Below, one piece after another: positions 9,965 to 18,800 of a stretch of DNA of 64,000 nucleotides (position 1 is its first letter; every line of letters begins with the position of its first letter). A program made the position numbers and the translations under genes. Location: NCBI GenBank assembly GCA_963722385.1, contig CAVRKK010000002.1, positions 192,001 through 256,000 of the forward strand. Direction: 5' to 3'. The DNA is from an uncultured bacterium (GTDB lineage Bacteria; Babelota; Babeliae; Babelales; Babelaceae). The notes beneath the pieces were generated by a model, which made no database searches, was not told the DNA's origin, and saw only the letters and a program-made list of their open reading frames with translations.

Positions 9965-10115
9965 ATATAGCTCATTTCACAGAAATTTTCAAAAAGATAT
10001 GCGCTTTATTCCTTTATTGCTCTTGCTATTTTTCTTGTATTTGTTAAGCTTGCACCGTAATTTATAAAACTCTTATTGCAAAAATACTTTACCCAGCTAG
10101 AAATAAGGAGAAGCT

Positions 10116-12386
10116 GTGTTCAATTTTTGTTTTGTTATTGTGGTATTAGTTTTTTTGGTAGGGTCATCTCAAACAGAGAGTATACCTATATGTACCGTAT
10201 CCAGTAGTACCAATACTCCATTGCCAAATGGTTCGGGCCCTACTGGGATTACCTTTTCACCCAATGGACTCTATCTTGCTGTTGGTAATACTGTCGCGAC
10301 AGCTGTTACTATGTTCACGGTAGGAATAGATGGTATCATTGACAGTGGCATTTCATACCCTATGCCGGCAGGATCTTCTTTTCCTCAGGTTTTAGCTTTT
10401 TCGCCTGATAGTCATTATCTTGCTACAACTAATAACAGCTCCAATAATATTACTATCTTTACGGTTACGAGCGGAGGTGTGTTAACTAATGGTACCTCTT
10501 ATGCATTACCTTCTGGTGCGCAATTAGCTGGTGCACCAGTCTTCTCTCCTGATGGGCAATACCTTGCAGTGACTGCTGAAAATTCCAATCAGGTAGTCAT
10601 ATTTACGGTAGGATCAGGAGGCGTTTTAAGCAATGGCACTGTCTATGCTATGCCTAATGGTGCTTCACCAGACATACCCGCTTTTTCCCCTGATGGATCA
10701 TACCTCGCAATCGGTGACGACGCTAATAATGCAGTAACTATGTTTAAGGTAGGAAATGGAGGCATTCTCAGTAACGGTGTTACGTACGCCCTACCCTCAG
10801 GATCTACGTCTCCAAGCTCAATCGCTTATTCTCCTGATGGTAGCTATCTTGCTACTTCTAATTTTAGCTCAAATGACGTAACTGTTTTTACGGTAGAGCC
10901 TGGAGGAGTATTGAGTACTGGTATTTCTTATCCGCTGCCTTCTAACTCTTACGATCCAAATTCTATAGCTTTTTCCCCCAATGGTTTATATCTGGTAACT
11001 GCTAACTCATTTAGCAATAATGCAACGCTTTTTAGTGTAGGAGATAATGGTGTTCTTTCTCAGGCAGTTTCTTATAGCTCTGGAGCTCAACAGCTTGATT
11101 ATCTAGCTTTTTCTCCCCGAGGGCTTTATTTTGCAACATCTAATTATGGTTCAACCAGCGTAACGATTTTTACTTTATCTTGTTCAAGTGCTGCTACTTC
11201 ATACCCTTTACCTCCCGATTCTCTCGATCCAGATGCTGTGGTAATTTCAAAAAATGGCTTGTACCTTGCAACAGCAAATTATAATGCAAACAATGTGGCT
11301 TTTTTTAACCTAGAATCTACGGGTATACTTAACAATGGAACGACTTGTTCTTTGCCATCTGGCTCGCTTTGTCCTTCTGGTGCTGCGTTTTCAGCTGATA
11401 CAGCCTACCTTGCAACTTCTAACAGTCAATCCAATGATATTACTCTTTTTAAAATTATGGATGGTCAGTTAATTGCTGGTACTTCTTATCCGCTGCCTTC
11501 TGGGTCTATCAATCCGGTATCGCTTAATTTTTCCCCTCATGATGCCTATCTTGCTGTTGCCAATAACAACTCAAGTGATGTAACTATGTTTAATGTTGAA
11601 GCGGGTAAACTTGTGGATGCTCTTTCTTATCCTTTGCCTCTACCATCTAAAAATCCGACAGGAGTAGCTTTTTCCGCTGATAGCTCTTACCTTGCTACAG
11701 CTAATGCTGGCTCAAATGATATAACGCTTTTTAGCGTGATAAACGGAACTTTAAAAACGTTACTTTCAAAAAATATACCCGCCCAATCCTCTAACCCACG
11801 TTCGCTTGTCTTTGTGCCTGATGCTCAGAGCGAATTTTTCATAGCTACCGCTAATAGCGATTCAAGCGATATAACAATCTTTCCTTTCCAGGAAGGCGTA
11901 CTGGGTAATGGTACTTCTTATACCTTGCCTGCAGGTGATCTTAATCCTCTCTTTATCGCTGCTTCGTCCGATGGTGTTTATCTCGTTAGCGCCAATAGTG
12001 GATCTAATAGCATTACTATTTTCATTGTTACTGATGTTGCCTTAAGCCAAGGTGTTTCTTATAACTTGCCTGCTCAATCAAGTTATGATGTAGCAGTCGC
12101 GTTTTCTCCTGTTCTATCAAATAGTGGATCTATGGTAGCAGCCACCGCTAATAGTTTATCCAATGATGTGTCTATTTTTCCTCTTCTTGGATCAGGAACA
12201 GGAGATGGAGGCAGCAGCCTACCGCTCGGGCTCATTATCGGAACGACTGTTGGCATTCCTCTGGGTATCGGGGCTGTGGCACTCGTAGGCTTCCTTGGCG
12301 CCTTTTTGTTCTATAAGTATCGGCAATGTCAACGTGGAGGAGGAAACGTTAGCTTTAGTGGAGAAGAGTCTACTGATACGCTTTAG
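10116..12386 (+). CDS. Double (14-blade) lactonase-like beta-propeller, single-pass membrane protein
   Basis: GTG start with RBS AAGGAG; signal peptide; 14 AFSPDG-YLA repeats; C-terminal TM segment LGLIIGTTVGIPLGIGAVALVGFLGAFLF and a short tail. Confidence 0.85.
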   Translation: MFNFCFVIVVLVFLVGSSQTESIPICTVSSSTNTPLPNGSGPTGITFSPNGLYLAVGNTVATAVTMFTVGIDGIIDSGISYPMPAGSSFPQVLAFSPDSHYLATTNNSSNNITIFTVTSGGVLTNGTSYALPSGAQLAGAPVFSPDGQYLAVTAENSNQVVIFTVGSGGVLSNGTVYAMPNGASPDIPAFSPDGSYLAIGDDANNAVTMFKVGNGGILSNGVTYALPSGSTSPSSIAYSPDGSYLATSNFSSNDVTVFTVEPGGVLSTGISYPLPSNSYDPNSIAFSPNGLYLVTANSFSNNATLFSVGDNGVLSQAVSYSSGAQQLDYLAFSPRGLYFATSNYGSTSVTIFTLSCSSAATSYPLPPDSLDPDAVVISKNGLYLATANYNANNVAFFNLESTGILNNGTTCSLPSGSLCPSGAAFSADTAYLATSNSQSNDITLFKIMDGQLIAGTSYPLPSGSINPVSLNFSPHDAYLAVANNNSSDVTMFNVEAGKLVDALSYPLPLPSKNPTGVAFSADSSYLATANAGSNDITLFSVINGTLKTLLSKNIPAQSSNPRSLVFVPDAQSEFFIATANSDSSDITIFPFQEGVLGNGTSYTLPAGDLNPLFIAASSDGVYLVSANSGSNSITIFIVTDVALSQGVSYNLPAQSSYDVAVAFSPVLSNSGSMVAATANSLSNDVSIFPLLGSGTGDGGSSLPLGLIIGTTVGIPLGIGAVALVGFLGAFLFYKYRQCQRGGGNVSFSGEESTDTL

Positions 12387-12458
12387 CAGAACCTATAATC
12401 AATTGACCTCTAATTGCCCTTTTTGCCCAGCCAATTGAAGAAGCTGCTAGCCTTTTCA

Positions 12459-13157
12459 TTACGCTGCCGCCTTTTCAAGAAAGATCGCTAGATCGTTATG
12501 CTCCATAAATCGCGCGTAATCTGCCGGCGTTTGCCCTTCTGCTGTTTTTTGAGCAGGATTTGCACCATGAGCAATAAGTATTTCCGCAGCTTCCTTGTTT
12601 CCCTTGAGTGCTGCCTGGTGCAAAGGCGTGGACCCGCCCGCAGATAACTGGGCGTTTACGTCTGCACCTGCGGCGATTAAAAGCTTAAGCACCTCTGACA
12701 TCTTTTTAAAATTGACAACCCTGAAGAGTGGCGTGGTACCGATTTTGTCCCGTTGATTAACGTCTGCTCCATAATCAAGCAAAAGTTGCGTTAACGCTAT
12801 GTTAGGCTCGCCCTGCGAGAAGCTATAATAGAATGGCGTGTTGCCAAAACGATTAGCCTTGTTTGGGTCTGCACCAGCATCAAGCAAAAGTTTCACCATG
12901 GGTACATTGCTTTTGAGCACCGCATAGTGTAATGCAGTATAACCATCATCGTCTTGGGCGTCGACCGCCATGTTCTGTGCAAGAAGTGTTTTAACCAGAT
13001 TAATATCTTGTGCTTCAGCAGCTTGAATCAGCTCTTGTGACGGCTCGCCTGCTGAAACTTTATCAAGCCCATTCTGACCTATACAGGTCATCCAGCTCAT
13101 AAGAAGAAAAGCGAACAGTACCTGTTTCTTTCGGTTTATTAACATAGCACGCCTCAT
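12459..13157 (-). CDS. Exported ankyrin-repeat protein
   Basis: GYTALHYA, GNTPF, GTTPLF and GSTPLHQA repeats with GADVN/GADPN; N-terminal hydrophobic segment. Confidence 0.95.
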   Translation of the reverse strand: MRRAMLINRKKQVLFAFLLMSWMTCIGQNGLDKVSAGEPSQELIQAAEAQDINLVKTLLAQNMAVDAQDDDGYTALHYAVLKSNVPMVKLLLDAGADPNKANRFGNTPFYYSFSQGEPNIALTQLLLDYGADVNQRDKIGTTPLFRVVNFKKMSEVLKLLIAAGADVNAQLSAGGSTPLHQAALKGNKEAAEILIAHGANPAQKTAEGQTPADYARFMEHNDLAIFLEKAAA

Positions 13158-13286
13158 TAATTTACAAAATTATAATATTGCTTATATTATATTATATTAT
13201 ATCAATGTTTTATGGCTAGATGCAATATTTAGATAAGAAAACTATTTTCTGGCATCCGAATCTTTGAGGTGCCTGACGCCTGAAAA

Positions 13287-14198
13287 TTAACCTATCTCAG
13301 GATTTGCATTAAGAAGGGTCTTATCAAGATAATTTATTAATCGCTTTGTTGATGTATAGCTCTTGCGAATTGCTTTTTTATGTTTAACCAAGCGGTTTTT
13401 AAGCTCATTTCTTAAACTTTGCTGCTCAAAAAGCCCGGCCTCATGGATGAGTTTAACAAAATCGCTGAATAATTGTTTTGGTTTAAATTTAGCTACCAAT
13501 CGCGCCAAAGCATGACGATATTGTTTCAATGCTTGAATTTCGAAAGCAGAAAAACTAAAATCGGAACATTCGAGATCTTTTAAATTATGAAGAGCGAAGA
13601 TTGCCAGGTTTTGCTGAAAACCAGAATTAAAATCGATACCATATATCGTATCCGTTTGCTTATCATACATAAAATTTGGGCAACCTCTATCGGCCGCGCC
13701 GACAAACGTATCTAAAGCAACAATAAGGGGCAGCGTTGGATGTTTCGTCATACTCTTAATGACACGTTCGCTTAAGCCGCACAGCCCCTTGCACTTACCA
13801 CCTGCGGGTTGCTGTATTTTAACGTGTGGCCGAAAGGTGCAGCCTGACCGTCCAGGAATCAAGGTATGGAGCGTCGCAGGACTATCTTTATAATGCTTGT
13901 ACTCTTTACCCTCGCGGCTCCGAATCAACTTTACCTCATTAGAGGGGATACCGAGAAATTTAGCCATGCGGGCGCCTAAGATTTCTTTGACGCACATCAT
14001 CTGCTCAGCAAGCGAATTGCCTTTGCGCTGTTTTAAGAGCCATTGTGAGCCATCTTTTTTTTCGAGAAGAAACATCCGGCTGCTTGCAGCGGGAAAGGGA
14101 GTCTGCGAAACAAACATAGGCTTAGTTGCTTTGCCATAGGCAGATTTAAGCATCGCTAAGCTGAGCAATAGTGCGCAATAAGTAACTTTTTTAACCAT
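13287..14198 (-). CDS. Exported HipA/PI3-PI4-kinase-like protein
   Basis: Signal peptide; WLLK, KEILGARMAKFLGIP, LDTFVGAADRGCPNF, YGIDF. Confidence 0.7.
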   Translation of the reverse strand: MVKKVTYCALLLSLAMLKSAYGKATKPMFVSQTPFPAASSRMFLLEKKDGSQWLLKQRKGNSLAEQMMCVKEILGARMAKFLGIPSNEVKLIRSREGKEYKHYKDSPATLHTLIPGRSGCTFRPHVKIQQPAGGKCKGLCGLSERVIKSMTKHPTLPLIVALDTFVGAADRGCPNFMYDKQTDTIYGIDFNSGFQQNLAIFALHNLKDLECSDFSFSAFEIQALKQYRHALARLVAKFKPKQLFSDFVKLIHEAGLFEQQSLRNELKNRLVKHKKAIRKSYTSTKRLINYLDKTLLNANPEIG

Positions 14199-14208
14199 AG
14201 GCCACCTT

Positions 14209-14308
14209 GCGAGCTACCCAAACCTAAAGGTTTTGGGCTTCCTGGGCTGAACCGCTAATGCGCTTTCATATTTCCCAAGCGTTACTTTCCCTGGCTCCCA
14301 GGGTAGTT
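14209..14308 (-). ncRNA. Stand-alone IS605/TnpB omega-RNA-like scaffold (right end)
   Basis: Minus strand ACTACCCTGG-GAG-CCAGGGAAAGTAACGCTTGGG...CCCAGGAAGCCCAAAACC-TTTA-GGTTTGGGTAGCTCGC resembles tnpB 3'-end/right-end sequences; no tnpB ORF is adjacent. Confidence 0.6.
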
Positions 14309-14316
14309 GCCCTCAT

Positions 14317-14344
14317 ATTCTATCAACTTGCATGAATTATGCAA
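14317..14344 (-). promoter_or_regulatory. Putative sigma70 promoter
   Basis: TTGCAT-16 nt-TAGAAT with an extended -10 (TGn), overlapped by the palindrome CTTGCAT-AATTC-ATGCAAG. Confidence 0.5.
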
Positions 14345-14396
14345 GAACAACTTTAAGTCATTCTTACAACAAATTTGAAGCCCTTATATTCCAGCC

Positions 14397-15887
14397 TTAA
14401 AAGCGCTGGGTTTTACGGGCTTTCCTATAATAATCCGCCTGACGATGCGCAACCTTGCGTAAATACTCAGCTCCCGCTTTAAGCGTACGCTTAAATGTTG
14501 TGCGATCAATAGCGTAGAGCCCAAATTTTTTATCGTAGCCCAGGTTCCATTCAAAGTTATCAAAAAGCGACCAAGCGCAAAACATCCTTACATCGACTCC
14601 TTGTTTTATGGCCAGACTTACTGCATAAAGATAGCGCTTATACCAGAGATCACGCACTTCATCTCGTGTATCAGCAAGGCCGTTTTCAGTAATATAAATT
14701 GGCTTGCCAAGCGGCGCCAATTCTATAAGCGCCCGGTAAAGTCCCTCGGGATAGCAACCATACCCCATATCAGTTTTGATTTCACCGTCCTCGGGGCGCA
14801 ACGCCGGCTTCAGATGATGCCAGCTCACGAGGACATGTGAATAATAGTTCAGGCCAATATAGTCTTGGACTGATTTAATGGCGGGGTACTGCCAGGTTAC
14901 GGTGCCCGTATATGTTTTGAAGCCAAGGTTGCCGGTAAGCAAAAATTTTGTAATGTTATCTGAATAAATCGATCGCAAGAATGATGACATAGCCTGTTCA
15001 AGCCAGTTATTGGGGTGATACGGCTCAAAATGAATAACGTTATGAACGATACCAATCTGTGCTGCCTGACCACCTGGCATCTGCTTAAGTGCCTCGTAAG
15101 TCTTCACGTGCGCCATCATAAGATGCTTAACTACCATTGCCGCGCCATATAAGCACATTCCTAAGCCTAAGTTGCAGGGAAAGCCAAGATTTGAGCTCAT
15201 CGGTCGAGGAAATGCGTGAGTTACGTAGGTTTGTGCAGCATAGACGCCCGGTTCGTTGATCGTAACCCAGTAGGGCACTTTGGCACCAAACTCGGCAAAC
15301 ATCCGCTGGGCAAATGCCACAAAATAGGCGATATTTTCCTCTTGCTCAAATGCGCCCTTGTCCTCGAACCACCCAGGATTAACAAAATGGTGCAAGGTAA
15401 CCATCGGTTTAATCTGGTGAGCGCGCAGCTCATCAAATAACTCATGGTAGTGCTGAATAACCGCAAGATCATAGACCCCTTCGCGCGGCTGGACGCGCGC
15501 CCAGTCGATAGAGCAGCGATAGACGGTCACGCCTAACTGCTTGATGAGCGCAACATCCTCTTTGTAACGATCCCAATGGTCAACACCGCGGCCGACGGGC
15601 TCAATAGGAGCAAGCTTCTCATAACGCGACCAATTAGAATCCGGGCATATACTATTAAAGCAACTATTACCTGAAATTTGATATTCCGATGTTGCCGCAC
15701 AAAATTGAAAGTTGGCAGGAAAAGTTGCTGGGCTTACGTCAATAGTACGCCAGTCCCATCGCAACTCTTTTTCAGCCCCCCAAAGTATCACGAAGTTTCC
15801 CAGAATCATGAGATAGAAAAATTTTGAGATCAAGGTTGCCTTTGGATTACGCCTCCCTTGCGGAAGGCGCTTAATGAGCTCTGTCAT
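14397..15887 (-). CDS. Glycoside hydrolase family 1 (beta-glucosidase-like)
   Basis: ATSEYQI, TLHHF, acid/base TINEP, nucleophile ITENG, WSLFDNFEW, KFGL. Confidence 0.95.
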   Translation of the reverse strand: MTELIKRLPQGRRNPKATLISKFFYLMILGNFVILWGAEKELRWDWRTIDVSPATFPANFQFCAATSEYQISGNSCFNSICPDSNWSRYEKLAPIEPVGRGVDHWDRYKEDVALIKQLGVTVYRCSIDWARVQPREGVYDLAVIQHYHELFDELRAHQIKPMVTLHHFVNPGWFEDKGAFEQEENIAYFVAFAQRMFAEFGAKVPYWVTINEPGVYAAQTYVTHAFPRPMSSNLGFPCNLGLGMCLYGAAMVVKHLMMAHVKTYEALKQMPGGQAAQIGIVHNVIHFEPYHPNNWLEQAMSSFLRSIYSDNITKFLLTGNLGFKTYTGTVTWQYPAIKSVQDYIGLNYYSHVLVSWHHLKPALRPEDGEIKTDMGYGCYPEGLYRALIELAPLGKPIYITENGLADTRDEVRDLWYKRYLYAVSLAIKQGVDVRMFCAWSLFDNFEWNLGYDKKFGLYAIDRTTFKRTLKAGAEYLRKVAHRQADYYRKARKTQRF

Positions 15888-15892
15888 GGCGC

Positions 15893-18800
15893 TTAGCGCT
15901 CTGAGTGATAAAGCAGGAATGCGCTTGTTGGCGTTAGCACAGCGTCCGCAGGCACCATCGTGGTACCTCCCAAGGCACGAAGCTTGGTAGGGTCAGGATT
16001 CAGCAACCGTTTGTTTACCGAATCATAAACAGGGCCAGGAATACCAACTGACTTATCTCCTAAGAGTAGTGACAGCTCAGGATAATTGAGCGCGCCACCT
16101 GTAGGAATACCGTGCACATCATAAAAAACACCACTACGTAAATCAACATAAGCCGGTTGCTCGGTGCCGACCGTTGTACCGGGATAATATATCTTATTGG
16201 TGTCTTCAGAGCCGTATTTATAGAGGTAGCGCTTTTGATCAGAATCGTACACGAACTGCTTGCTCGTTATAAGCCCTTGTGCGTGTTCTCGAGCGCTTGC
16301 TGGCACATTTAAGATAGCAGCAACAGGACCGAGCGCGGTCATCAAAAGTGGCTTGAAGATACCAACGTCACCAAACGCCGTTATGCTTATATAGTTCTTG
16401 AGCTTATACTGAATATCGCGAATTGTTTTGCCACTTGTTGATTGGTAAGCAGGAATAAAGAAGTGAATACCGTTGGTATCTTCAAAAGCGACATAATTGG
16501 CGCCGGTGTTGGCATCAACAAGCCCATCATAGAAAGTAACTTGGTAGTCGGACGTGGTGCCATCAGGCAACTTGACTGCCTGCATCGTAAGCTTGGATCC
16601 GCCTTTTGCTGCTCCTTGGCATTCAATATACGCACCAAGTGGTATCTTTGCTGATGAAAGTCGGCTATCTCCCGTTGCGGCCGGAACGAAGAGCCGCTCC
16701 ACAGTAAACGCATCACCTTTCTTAGTGCCAGCAACCACGAGCAGGTTACCCGCATAGTTAGCATCCCACGTCGCTCGGGCAAATTCAAATACGGGACTTG
16801 AGCCAGGCTTTCTCGAACCAATATAACTGTAAGGCTTGATATATTCAGCGCTTGATTTATAAGTGGCTCCTTTTGGATCAAAAGCAATGACACCACTTTG
16901 TTGCTTCTGGCCTGCCTTAACAACCCACGGCTTGGCCAGGTCAAGGTCTGCGGGATCTATGGCAAGGTATTTGTCAGCATCACCAAGGGCGTTAAAGCCT
17001 TTATAAATTAAGTTTGGGTTCTTATTCGAGGTAAAGTCCATATAGTACGTATACTGGTAATAGTAGCCTCCAATATCGGTACCGAAAGCCTGTGGCATAC
17101 CGCGATTATCATTGCCAATGAACGCAGCAAGCCGGTGATTGGAATCTTCAAGTGCCTGGTACTCAGCAATGCGAGCATGCCCATTGGTATCGAACTCTGA
17201 TCCTGAATACAGATCTATATAGAAAGAGCTGCCTTGAGATGGTTTGGCGAGCGCCATAACGCGTGCACCAGGAATACGTGCATTAGTATATTGCTTAAGC
17301 GTATAGGTTGTATCGCCGAGCGTAATGGTGGGTATACTACTTGGGTAATCCTGCATCACCCCTTTTTTGTCGCCAAGTTCAATCCCTGGCATCGTATGTG
17401 GCACGCCTAAGACTTGCGAACCATCAGCATTCACCACGACGCCTGCTTTTTGGCGCGCAATATCAAGAAGTGCCCCGCTATAGATAGTGGCAGGCAAGCC
17501 TTTACCGTTATAAAGGATACCTACTTCCTGCTCTTTGCCTTCGGGGCCCTTCATAGGGTGCGCAGCGTAATCGAAAATAGATGCAGGTTGTCCATTAACG
17601 GCGTCATTGGCTGCTCCCGTAACAGCATAATACTTATTTTGATAACGTTTAAGATGCGTAAAAGGTGATGGTAAATAGGCAAGCGAACCAAGAAGCTTGC
17701 TTACCGTCACCTCGTCAAGCTGTATCACCGGTGCTGGCGGCGGCGTTGGCTGCTTCACCGGCGTTTGTCGCGTAATAAGCATGTCGAGGGCTTTTCGCAA
17801 AGCTGGCCGAACTTTGCCCCGAAGTTGCGTTAATAAACTACCAGGCGAAGAAACAACGAGTGAGGGGAAAACGCCCTGCGCATTATAAACGGTACCCGTC
17901 ACGAGGCTAATAATATATGCTGGATTACTCTCAAGGGGAATACCGAGCAATTCAGGAGTGATATTGCCTTTTGCATCCTGGTTGGCACCAATGAAGAAGT
18001 CATCAACCTGGCTCAATTTTGGTGGAAATGCCGAAGTTGGTAAAGTCGTAACGTCTTGATACACATACGTGTTATTCTTGGCATCTTCTGGGTCAATCGT
18101 CAACAAGAAATTAGCAAAGCTATAGTGCTTCCACGGCAATTGCGTTACATTCGTGGCTGCTGTGCCGAGCATACTTCTTAACGATGGACTTTTTAAGCTT
18201 GCCCTAACCGCTCCAAGGTTGCTTAACTGAACCGGTGTGCCATTTTCATCGGCCACGATGGTTACCTGGTCTTGGCTATCACGATGATAGATCGTGCCCG
18301 TTATTAAGCTTATGAGGTAGGGTTGCGGGTTCGTAGCTTCGAATGGCTCGCTCCCCACAACGGTGTTATTGGCCCCAAGAGTTTTGGCGACAATAAAATA
18401 GTCACCCGGATAGCTCGATGATGTGTAGACAAAGTCGCCTGCCCGTATGTCATCAATGCTGGTAGCTTGCAACACGATGTTTGGTATCAATTTTGAGGTA
18501 AAAGCAAAGGGCCCCATGAGCTCAAAAAGGAGCCATTCAGATTGCTTTTGCCCAATAAGCCAGAGCTTCCACATCAGATGGGAACTCTTTATGGCGTTAT
18601 TGAGTGCTGGGGAATTTGTCTCAAGGTACGTGCCGAGCAATGAACCGGTACTGTCGGAGACTGGTCCAAGATTAAGCCCTTGATTATAGAGGTATAACGG
18701 CCCGACGGGTATAAAACCATCAACGGCAAGTGTATGCTGGTAGCTTGTGCTTGGATCTAGCCCAAGATTTTGAGCAAGCCCATCAAAGAGTGGTTGGGCC

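Noticed and set aside
8404..10067. Overlapping or antisense ORFs (8404, 8438, 8572, 8697, 9555) and similar shadow ORFs throughout the window
   Set aside because: They overlap well-supported genes or terminators and have no recognisable motifs.
10116..12386. CRISPR array or DNA tandem array
   Set aside because: The periodicity is a protein-level propeller repeat with diverged codons. I saw no identical repeat-spacer pattern anywhere in the window.
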